A DNA stretch of 64,000 nt, from positions 3,249 through 67,248 of the forward strand of contig JBDRIL010000029.1 in NCBI GenBank assembly GCA_043815885.1, in the 5' to 3' direction. Under the pieces are notes generated by a model. That model did not search any database. It worked only from the letters and a program-made list of their open reading frames with translations, and was not told where the DNA came from. Every line of letters begins with the position of its first letter. Positions within the stretch are counted from its first letter, which is position 1. The DNA comes from an archaeon. GTDB taxonomy: Archaea > Iainarchaeota > Iainarchaeia > Iainarchaeales > 1-14-0-10-31-34. Made by a program: the position numbers and the translations under genes. Positions 16,641 through 24,312 of this stretch are shown here, in pieces.

Positions 16641-17134
16641 AAATGAGTGAATTGAAGATTAATAGTTTGAAGATAGAGAACCCTGAAACAAACGAAATAA
16701 TTATCGGGCAAGGAAACTTTACAGTGAAAACAATTGAGGACTTTTATAATGCATTGGTTAGCGCTGCCCCGGAAATAGAGTTTGGAGTGGGAATGAATGA
16801 AGCAAAGCCAAAGCTGACAAGAGTGAATGGAAACAATAAAGAATTAATTCAGAGAGCAGGAGAAACCTGCAAGAAGATTGCAGCAGGGCATGTATTCGTT
16901 ATTTACTTCAAAAAAGCTTTTCCGATTCACGTATTGAATGCAGTTAAAGCACTTCCAACAGTTTGCTGCATTTACTGCGCTACATCCAATGAACTGGAAT
17001 TAATAATGGCAGAAACAGGGCTAGGGAAAAGTGTAATAGGGGTAGTTGATGGAACAGCAGCAGAAAAAATAGAGAACGAGGAAGAAAAAAAGCATAGAAT
17101 TGAATTATTGAAGAAGCTGGGTTTCAGGAAATGA
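16634..17134 (+). CDS. conserved hypothetical protein (possibly adenosine-specific-kinase-like family)
   Basis: 166 aa, no low complexity. The family assignment is from memory only. Confidence 0.3.
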   Translation: MRKMSELKINSLKIENPETNEIIIGQGNFTVKTIEDFYNALVSAAPEIEFGVGMNEAKPKLTRVNGNNKELIQRAGETCKKIAAGHVFVIYFKKAFPIHVLNAVKALPTVCCIYCATSNELELIMAETGLGKSVIGVVDGTAAEKIENEEEKKHRIELLKKLGFRK

Positions 17135-17141
17135 ATTCAAT

Positions 17142-17310
17142 GCGGCTATGGTCTAGTGGCAGGATTCAAGCTTCCCAACAACCGCAAATCGGTTGACGCT
17201 TAAAGCGTCAAGGGATTTCGCTTTGCTTCAATCCCTTATTAGGTTTTACATAAACTTTAAATGCGGTGGAGGAATAGCTTGCGACCCGGGTTCAAATCCC
17301 GGTAGCCGCA
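17142..17310 (+). tRNA. tRNA-Gly (anticodon CCC) with a 98-nt intron at 37/38 (17178-17275); an alternative Trp(CCA) reading is less likely
   Basis: Acceptor GCGGCTA/TAGCCGC (C2:G71, G3:C70), U8, D-arm GTCT-AGTGGCA-GGAT, anticodon stem CAAGC/GCTTG split by the intron, loop TTCCCA|A, T-arm CCGGG-TTCAAAT-CCCGG, discriminator A. The intron contains a 9-bp perfect hairpin TTGACGCTT/AAGCGTCAA. Confidence 0.65.
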
Positions 17311-17369
17311 TTAGATCAGGATACGTTTATATATTTTTGTATATATACATATTTATACAAGTGATTTAA

Positions 17370-17651
17370 ATGGTTTTGACTAAAACTTTGGAGAAAGGAG
17401 TTCTGCATTACCCCACTCTTAAAACAGTGTTAGCTGTTGAAGATGTTTTGAAAAATTCCAAAGGTCTTTTGAACAGAGAAGAGATTAAAGAAAGACTCCC
17501 TACAAAAATTCACCATCAGACTCTTAACCTTATTCTTGAATACTTAGAGGAAAGCGGTAAAATATTTATTGGAAAAAAAGGCATTCTCTGGACCTACAAT
17601 GAAAGCCCTAAATTCAAAAAGCTCTTGGAAAAAAGCATCCAAGTGAGATGA
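17370..17651 (+). CDS. small wHTH-like protein, putative antitoxin/regulator partner of the downstream RelE-like ORF
   Basis: 93 aa. Its 4-nt overlap (ATGA) with the next ORF suggests translational coupling. Confidence 0.4.
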   Translation: MVLTKTLEKGVLHYPTLKTVLAVEDVLKNSKGLLNREEIKERLPTKIHHQTLNLILEYLEESGKIFIGKKGILWTYNESPKFKKLLEKSIQVR

Positions 17652-18037
17652 TGGCAAAAGAAAAGTTGAGAAAGGAAATCAAAGTATCTTTTAGTCCAGA
17701 ATTTGATGAAGAATACAGAAAGTTGTTAAAAGAAGTTGTAGAGGACAGGGAAAGGGGCATTGAAAATTCATTTAACATTCAGTTGCTAAAAGCAATTGAC
17801 AGAACAATTAGTTTACTTAAAATACAGTCAGACTATGGAATCCACATTCCAAAAAACAGGATTCCAAGAGAATTTACTGAGAAATATGGAATCAACAACC
17901 TGTGGAAAGTAGACCTTCCAAGCTCTTGGAGGTTGTGCTATACATTGAAAACCAGTAGAATAGAAATACTAACCATTCTCTTAGAATTCATAAACCATAA
18001 GAGATACAATAAATTGTTTGGATACAAAAAGAAATAA
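17648..18037 (+). CDS. RelE/ParE-family toxin-like protein
   Basis: C-terminal NNLWKVDLPSSWRLCYTLKTSRIEILTILLEFINHKRY resembles the RelE/ParE core (WK/YRL-IY...ILRIGHRK pattern). N-terminal IKVSFSPEFDEEYRKL resembles RelE's first strand and helix. Confidence 0.5.
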   Translation: MMAKEKLRKEIKVSFSPEFDEEYRKLLKEVVEDRERGIENSFNIQLLKAIDRTISLLKIQSDYGIHIPKNRIPREFTEKYGINNLWKVDLPSSWRLCYTLKTSRIEILTILLEFINHKRYNKLFGYKKK

Positions 18038-18044
18038 GTCCGCG

Positions 18045-18061
18045 TCCCGGTAGCCGCATTA
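18045..18061. repeat. 17-bp direct repeat TCCCGGTAGCCGCATTA, duplicating the 3' end of tRNA-Gly (17297-17313)
   Basis: An exact 17-nt match lies 731 bp downstream of the tRNA, bracketing the two-gene cassette. This is an att-like arrangement. Confidence 0.8.
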
Positions 18062-18065
18062 AAAA

Positions 18066-19124
18066 TCACTGGCCATTGGCTTCCAATTCAATGATTTCGT
18101 TTATTTTTTGGAGAATGCATTTGTTTCCGGGATTTATTTCGGATTCCATTAATTTTTGCCTGTAGGATTCTTCTTTTTCAAAGAATTCTTCTAGGGAAGA
18201 AATGGAATGAGTTTCTTGCACTGAACCAAAACCGAGTTTTTGAATCATTGAGCCATTATAGTATCTTTCGGAGAAGGCCTTTGAACTGCACACGTAAAGA
18301 GGTTTTTTCAGGAAAACTGATTCTGCGAGAGTGCTTTGACCTCCATGGGTTAGAACTGCACTGCATTCCAGCAGGTCTTTTTCGAATTCTTTTTCACTCA
18401 TTCCCTTGAATACAAGATTGCCGGAATTAATTTCTTTTTCTGTCCCGTAAATAATGAATTTCTTTTCAGGGAATCTATTAAGGAGCGGGAGAAGGGCAGT
18501 TAATTCCTCTTCCATAAAATACACTACGTAATAGTCTTTTTTCTTTGGATTGTTTTTAAAGAAGTAATTTCTTACAATTGGATTAAAGAAGAAATCATTT
18601 TTATTGCAGGAGGAAGGATGAATAAAGGAAGTGATGAGGAAGTAATCTGATTCAATGAATGCATTAATAATCGGTTTATCGAGAATGTGGAAGGTTATCT
18701 TTTGATTGAAATTCATTGGAAATTTGATGTAATTCATTGAGTGCATTACTGAAAGGGTTACTACTGGCAGCCTGAATAATTTTCCTATGTAAACCCCGTT
18801 TACATCGAAATCAGAGACAATTAAATCAGGCTTGAATTTTCGGACTAATTTAATTAATTTCACCATATTGGAGGCAGCAATATAGGGGACTTTTGGAACA
18901 TTGTAGGCAAAGGTCCTGAACCGCTTAAGCCTTCCATTCCTGTAAACCAGATTAAACCAGTTAATTTTTTCATTGTAATGGAATTTCTTCTGGAGGTAAT
19001 CATGCGCTTCCCCGGAAGAAACAACAAATACCTTGTGTTCCTTTATTAATCCCTCTATTAATTGGCTGCTTCTTGTAGCATGACCTAAACCAACACCGCA
19101 TACAGTGAACAAAATTCTAGCCAT
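18066..19124 (-). CDS. GT1/GT28-family (MurG/UGT-like) glycosyltransferase
   Basis: N-terminal MARILFTVCGVGLGHATRS resembles the MurG/MGT G-loop; C-terminal THGGQSTLAESV donor-binding motif. Confidence 0.7.
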   Translation of the reverse strand: MARILFTVCGVGLGHATRSSQLIEGLIKEHKVFVVSSGEAHDYLQKKFHYNEKINWFNLVYRNGRLKRFRTFAYNVPKVPYIAASNMVKLIKLVRKFKPDLIVSDFDVNGVYIGKLFRLPVVTLSVMHSMNYIKFPMNFNQKITFHILDKPIINAFIESDYFLITSFIHPSSCNKNDFFFNPIVRNYFFKNNPKKKDYYVVYFMEEELTALLPLLNRFPEKKFIIYGTEKEINSGNLVFKGMSEKEFEKDLLECSAVLTHGGQSTLAESVFLKKPLYVCSSKAFSERYYNGSMIQKLGFGSVQETHSISSLEEFFEKEESYRQKLMESEINPGNKCILQKINEIIELEANGQ

Positions 19125-19131
19125 TTCTTTA

Positions 19132-19950
19132 TCACTTAATTAATTCATTCAATACATTAAATGGAGCAGTGAACTGGACTGAGGAAGGGTTAATCATTAC
19201 TTTTACATTGGAAAAATAAATGGTTAAAGGAGTGAAAGAAGTCTTTGATCTTTCTTCAATCAAATAAATTAATTTGTCTGCTGACTTAAACGGAAGAGAA
19301 AGGTTGTTGGCTTTTGGATTTAAATTGAATTCGCTTGCTGTCTTCTCCAGGAATTCTTTATCGCTTGATTCAAGCAGGAACTCCTCAATATTCATTTTTT
19401 CTGCAATCAATTTAATCTTTTTAAGGTTATCACTGTTAAACTCTAAGTTCAATGAATCATTGAAGCTAAGCTCCTTCAATGATTGGAGTTGCTCGGAAAA
19501 AACCTTATTCAGGTAATTCAAGTGCTTTATCCTCTTATCCAGTTTTGTCTTCAATAAATCAAGTTCAGAAAGAGAAAATTCAGCTGAATTTCTCGCCAGC
19601 TTCAGTAAATCATTGTCATTCTTTGACCTCTCAATCAGTATCTGCATTTTTTCCACTATTGAAGGGATTTCCTCCACGCTTGACTTGGATTGAATTAACT
19701 GATTCAATTTAATCACCAGCTTGTTCTTCATTTCACGGTTTATTTCTGAAGTGCCTTTATCAGTAATAAAAAAATTGTTTTCCCTTCTGTTCACTAAACC
19801 AAAAGAAGTTGCTTCCTTCAGGAACCTTGAAAGAGTGGCGCGGGCAGAATTAACTGAATTATACCCAGATGCAATCTTTCCAAGCAAGGCATTATAGGAG
19901 ATGCCCTGATTCTGCTTGATTATTAACAAAATTGAATTTTTAGTGGTCAC
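19132..19950 (-). CDS. hypothetical protein with an N-terminal wHTH-like domain and coiled-coil
   Basis: 272 aa; N-terminal LLIIKQNQGISYNALLGKIASGYNSVNSARATLSRFLKEATSFGLV resembles a winged helix. Confidence 0.35.
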   Translation of the reverse strand: MTTKNSILLIIKQNQGISYNALLGKIASGYNSVNSARATLSRFLKEATSFGLVNRRENNFFITDKGTSEINREMKNKLVIKLNQLIQSKSSVEEIPSIVEKMQILIERSKNDNDLLKLARNSAEFSLSELDLLKTKLDKRIKHLNYLNKVFSEQLQSLKELSFNDSLNLEFNSDNLKKIKLIAEKMNIEEFLLESSDKEFLEKTASEFNLNPKANNLSLPFKSADKLIYLIEERSKTSFTPLTIYFSNVKVMINPSSVQFTAPFNVLNELIK

Positions 19951-19989
19951 TGTTAATAAGGAAGTATTTAAATAATAAAAACCTTTCTT

Positions 19990-20565
19990 TTAGGGCAACC
20001 AAGAATTATTTTTCCTGTAAAAAATTATTAAAGAAACAGCCAATAATACAATCAACAAAGATAAATGATTTGCTTCAGGAAAGCCTGGAGTTCTCTTCAC
20101 TGCATTAGTCCAGATGGTTTTTCTTGAATTATCATACAAATGCTCTTCTGTTATGCCTTCTGATTCATCCAAGTAAGCTTCAGCTACAACGTAATAATTT
20201 TCGATTTCATCCAACTCAAAAGTCAATACAGTCTTATCAAATACATGAGTTTTTTCTAATGTTGCTCCTGCTCCAATAAGTTCTGCATCAAAAGATTCTT
20301 CAAATTCCTCCCCGCCAATAGGAAAACCTTTTTTATCAGCAATATAGAAATTCACGTCAACCAATCTTTCAACCGCATCGTAATTCCTTATATATGCAGT
20401 CGCAGACAGAGACGAATCTGGGCCTCTGACAGACGGATCAACTACAACCTTCTTCACTGCAATAACATTGCCTGCAGGCGCATCGCTATTGACGAAACCA
20501 ATAACTGCAAATAAAATTAAAAATAAAATTATTATTTTTTTCATTTCTTTTCCTGCCAAGCTCAA
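19990..20565 (-). CDS. secreted protein with signal peptide and a PGF-CTERM-like C-terminal anchor
   Basis: N-terminal hydrophobic signal (IIILFLILFAVIGFVNS). The C-terminus is TPGFPEANHLSLLIVLLAVSLIIFYRKNN, a PGF tripeptide then a TM helix then basic residues. Confidence 0.5.
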   Translation of the reverse strand: MSLAGKEMKKIIILFLILFAVIGFVNSDAPAGNVIAVKKVVVDPSVRGPDSSLSATAYIRNYDAVERLVDVNFYIADKKGFPIGGEEFEESFDAELIGAGATLEKTHVFDKTVLTFELDEIENYYVVAEAYLDESEGITEEHLYDNSRKTIWTNAVKRTPGFPEANHLSLLIVLLAVSLIIFYRKNNSWLP

Positions 20566-20706
20566 TTAATATTTCCCATTATAAAAAAGCCCGTTTTAGT
20601 TATTAATTCTTTCGATTTTATAATAATTTTTAAACACAAGGCAGTTTTTTGCGAAAGAAATAAAAACCTAAATTGCCTTTTAAGTACTAATAAAGGAAAT
20701 GATAGT

Positions 20707-21510
20707 ATGATTGCACCTTTGCTGAATTCAATTAAATTAATGGTTTCAAAGCCATTCTTTATAGTCATAGCCTTAATTGTTGCACTGATAAACAGCTTTG
20801 TATTGTTTTTTTTCCAGGAAACATTATTCGAGTTCATCCTTTCATTAATGGATGTGAATGCCTTTCCAACCAATAACCTGTTAATACTTCCATTCCAGCT
20901 TGTTTCAATTTACTTCAATGAATTACTGATACTGTTGCTTGTATTGTTTGTATCAGTATTATTGAATGTATTTCTTTTCTTTGCTTTCGCGGATTACGTT
21001 GGAGGAATCAAAAAAAAGAAGGCTTCTTTCGGGGCTTCACTTGGGTATGCAATCAAGAGCCTTTTTGAACAAATAAAGTTAGTGGTGTTTTTTGTTGTTC
21101 TTGTTGCCTTTGGTTTCCTTGTGCTTTGGATGTTTTTTTTACTCAGTGTCTACACTGTTTTTGGCGGGATACTGCTGATTATAGCAATGCTGTTATGCAT
21201 CTATCTGGTAATAAAATTCATTTTCACTCCGGCAATAATGGCAACAGAAAAAATAAAGTTAAAGGAATCATTGAAGAAAAGCTATGAGTTTTCAGGCAAG
21301 CATTTCTTTGAAATAATTCTCCTGCTAATCGTTTTATTCATAGTAAATGCATTAGTAGAAGTAGGAATAGGATACTACATAGTTTTAGCGCAACCGGAAG
21401 AAAACTTTTTTCTGGTAATAGACTTCATCATTACACTGCTGTTAACAGCCTACTTTACCCTTTTGTTCCCTGTCTACTATCAATTGAGAGAAAAGAATGC
21501 AGGCCTCTGA
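20707..21510 (+). CDS. polytopic integral membrane protein (hypothetical)
   Basis: 267 aa, about 7 predicted TM helices; ends 14 nt before the SMC-like gene. Confidence 0.5.
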   Translation: MIAPLLNSIKLMVSKPFFIVIALIVALINSFVLFFFQETLFEFILSLMDVNAFPTNNLLILPFQLVSIYFNELLILLLVLFVSVLLNVFLFFAFADYVGGIKKKKASFGASLGYAIKSLFEQIKLVVFFVVLVAFGFLVLWMFFLLSVYTVFGGILLIIAMLLCIYLVIKFIFTPAIMATEKIKLKESLKKSYEFSGKHFFEIILLLIVLFIVNALVEVGIGYYIVLAQPEENFFLVIDFIITLLLTAYFTLLFPVYYQLREKNAGL

Positions 21511-21524
21511 AAGAGTGAAAATAA

Positions 21525-24311
21525 ATGATTAAGATTTCAAAGCTGAGGTTAAAGAATTTCAAGTCATTTACTAAAGCAACAATCCCTTTTTCAAGGGGCT
21601 TTACAGCTATTGCCGGAAGCAATGGGTCAGGGAAATCCAATATCCTTGACGCATTAATGTTTGTATTGGGGATTACCTCCCTCAAAATGCTTCGGGCATC
21701 AAAACTCACTGATTTAGTCAATCATTACAGCAAGGACAGCTATGCATTAGTGGAAATGGATTTAGCTGGAGAAGACAAGAATTACGTTATCTCCAGGGAA
21801 GTGGACAGAGAGGGAAAGAGCGTATTCAGGATGGAGGGAAAGAGAAGCAGTCTGGGAGAAATCACTTCACTCTTGAAGGAATTAGGAATTAAGGCAGACG
21901 GATACAATATCGTGGTCCAGGGAGACGTTACAAGAATCATTGAAATGAATGCCGTTCAGAGAAGGGAAATCATTGATGAATTAGCTGGAATAAGGGAATT
22001 CGATGAAAAAAAAGAGGAAGCAATAAAGGAATTAGACAAAGTGGACAGAAAGATAAGAGAGGTAATGATTGTATTAAAGGAAAGAGAAACCTACCTGAAT
22101 GAATTGCAGAGGGAAAGGGAAGCAGCATTAGAGTACCAGAACCTGAGCGGAGAGTTAAAGAAAACCAAAGCAACAATCGTGGAAAAAGAAATCGGGAAAA
22201 TAAAAAAAGAAATAAATGAATTCAACCAAAAAAAAGAGAAACTGAATGCTGAAAGGAATTCCATTGAAAAAAAATTATCCGAAATGAAATCAAGGGAAGA
22301 GGAAACCAGGAAAAAAGTAGAGGAACTGAATGAAAAGATTCTTTCAGCAAACCAGAAAACCTATGCAGGAATAGGGATTGATTTAGAGGAAGTTAAATCA
22401 GACAAGAGACTGGCAGAAGAGAAGATTAATTCAAAGAAAGAGCACATCAACGTAATGAGCAACAGGATAAATTCACTGAATGAAAAGAAAGAAGTAATCA
22501 GGGAAAAAGAAAAAGAATCAAAGAAGAGACTGCAGGAATTAAGGGAAGAAAAAAAGGAAGCAGAGAAATCACTTGAAGAAACAGAGAAGTCCGCCGGAAT
22601 AAAAGCAAATTTCACTGAATTAAGGGCATCCCTAAACAGGGCAGAAAAGGGGCTGGATGAATGCCTGAATGAATTAAATGAAGGAAAGGAATCCTTCTAC
22701 CAGAGGAAATCTGAAATAGGCTCCTTGGCAAAAGAAATCGGGAATGCAGAAAAAATCCTGGAAGAATTAAAGGAAAACAAGGCAGCAAAGGAATTAAAGG
22801 AAAAAAGCGAAAAAATAAAGAAAGCAATAAAGAAAATGAATGAAGTCGAAGAAGAAATAAAAAAACTGAATAAAAAAATCAATTCAAAGGAACTGAATGA
22901 AAGAATCAAGGAATTAAGGCAGGCAAGGGAAAGAATACTGAAAGAAATGAGCGAAGTAATTGATCTGGCAAGAGAGGCCGGAGGAATGAGAAAAGAGGAA
23001 ACAGTGGAGGCAGAGAAAAAGAAAAGCCAAAAGGAATTAAAGAAATCAGAAGAAGCAAGGGAAGCATTGAACAATACGATTAAGAAACTAGAGAAAGAAA
23101 AAGGGAAACTGGAAGAAGAAACAAAGAAATTAAGGAATGTATTGATGGAGGAAAACGAGGCAATAGAGGGACTGAATGAATTAAGGAACAAATTAAAGGA
23201 AATTTCCTTGAATGAGGATTCAATTGAGAATTCATTGAAAGATAAAAAGAATTCAGTAAGTGAAATAGAGAAAGAAATAGAGGAATCAATGAAGGAAGTT
23301 GATTCACTGGAAGAAGGAATAAAGAAGGAAGAAAAAAGAACTGAGGAATTAAACAAAAGAATAAGGGAACTGAATATTGAACTGGAAAAACAAAGCCAGG
23401 AAAGCAAGCATTTTTATGAAGACAAGGAAAGAGAACAAAAGAGCCTTGAATCAATAAATGAAAGAATAACAATATATGAAGAAAAAATAGGTAAACTGGG
23501 AAAGGAAGAAAATGTGCTGGAAATAGAGAACTCAAAGAACGAAGTAAGGATAACTGACTTGGAAGAAGAGAAAAAGGAGTTTGAAGGAATTGAATTATTG
23601 GAAGGAGTTGAATTAGCTGAATTAAAGCAATCCCTTCCTGAAATAGAGAAAAACATAACCAAGCTTGGAGCAATAAACATGAAGGCAATTGATTCCTTTA
23701 ATGTGTTTGCCGAAGAATTACTTGAAATAAAGAATAAGGCAGAGAAATTAGAGCAGGAAAGGATTGCAGTGCTTGAAATGATTGACAAGATTGAAGTAAA
23801 AAGAATCAATGTCTTTAATGAATGCTTTAATCAAATAAATTCAAACTTCAATAAAATGTATTTCTCCCTGGCTGAAGGAGAGGGAAAGCTGAAGTTAAGT
23901 GATGAAAATAATCCATTGGATTCAGGATTGCTTATTGAAGCAAGGCATGTAGCAGAAAAAGTGAAGGGAATTGATTCCATGAGCGGGGGAGAAAAAAGTT
24001 TAACTGCATTAGCCTTTTTGTTTGCAATCCAGCTCTACCAGCCTGCCCCGTTTTATTTCTTTGATGAATCCGATGCAGCACTGGATAAACCGAATTCAAT
24101 AAAGATGGCCAGAATGATTAAAGAAATATGCAGGAAAAACCAGTTTATCGCCATTACTCACAATGACACACTCATAAAGGAATCCGACCAAATAATTGGT
24201 GTAGCCTTAAACGAACAAAAAAGCTCGGTAATAGGATTAAAGCTAAAGGAAGAAATAGAAAAAGAATTAAAAGAAACAAAAACAGAAGAAATAAAGGAAA
24301 CAATAAATTAA
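21525..24311 (+). CDS. SMC-family ABC-type ATPase with long coiled-coil, apparently lacking a hinge domain
   Basis: N-terminal Walker A (AGSNGSGKSNILDALMFVLG). SMC-typical VVQGDVTRIIEMNAVQRREIIDELAGI. C-terminal signature MSGGEKSLTALAFLFAI and Walker B FYFFDESDAALD. 928 aa. The middle is continuous K/E heptad coiled-coil with no Gly-rich hinge and no CxxC zinc hook. Confidence 0.75.
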   Translation: MIKISKLRLKNFKSFTKATIPFSRGFTAIAGSNGSGKSNILDALMFVLGITSLKMLRASKLTDLVNHYSKDSYALVEMDLAGEDKNYVISREVDREGKSVFRMEGKRSSLGEITSLLKELGIKADGYNIVVQGDVTRIIEMNAVQRREIIDELAGIREFDEKKEEAIKELDKVDRKIREVMIVLKERETYLNELQREREAALEYQNLSGELKKTKATIVEKEIGKIKKEINEFNQKKEKLNAERNSIEKKLSEMKSREEETRKKVEELNEKILSANQKTYAGIGIDLEEVKSDKRLAEEKINSKKEHINVMSNRINSLNEKKEVIREKEKESKKRLQELREEKKEAEKSLEETEKSAGIKANFTELRASLNRAEKGLDECLNELNEGKESFYQRKSEIGSLAKEIGNAEKILEELKENKAAKELKEKSEKIKKAIKKMNEVEEEIKKLNKKINSKELNERIKELRQARERILKEMSEVIDLAREAGGMRKEETVEAEKKKSQKELKKSEEAREALNNTIKKLEKEKGKLEEETKKLRNVLMEENEAIEGLNELRNKLKEISLNEDSIENSLKDKKNSVSEIEKEIEESMKEVDSLEEGIKKEEKRTEELNKRIRELNIELEKQSQESKHFYEDKEREQKSLESINERITIYEEKIGKLGKEENVLEIENSKNEVRITDLEEEKKEFEGIELLEGVELAELKQSLPEIEKNITKLGAINMKAIDSFNVFAEELLEIKNKAEKLEQERIAVLEMIDKIEVKRINVFNECFNQINSNFNKMYFSLAEGEGKLKLSDENNPLDSGLLIEARHVAEKVKGIDSMSGGEKSLTALAFLFAIQLYQPAPFYFFDESDAALDKPNSIKMARMIKEICRKNQFIAITHNDTLIKESDQIIGVALNEQKSSVIGLKLKEEIEKELKETKTEEIKETIN

Positions 24312-24312
24312 T

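Noticed and set aside
17178-17275. Possible box C/D sRNA inside the tRNA-Gly intron, as in euryarchaeal tRNA-Trp introns
   Set aside because: No RUGAUGA (C box) or CUGA (D box) motifs are present. The intron has only simple hairpins.
22361-23809. Several minus-strand ORFs (84-236 aa) inside the SMC-like gene
   Set aside because: These are antisense to the K/E coiled-coil codons (TTC/CTT-rich). They give S/F/L low-complexity products with no motifs.
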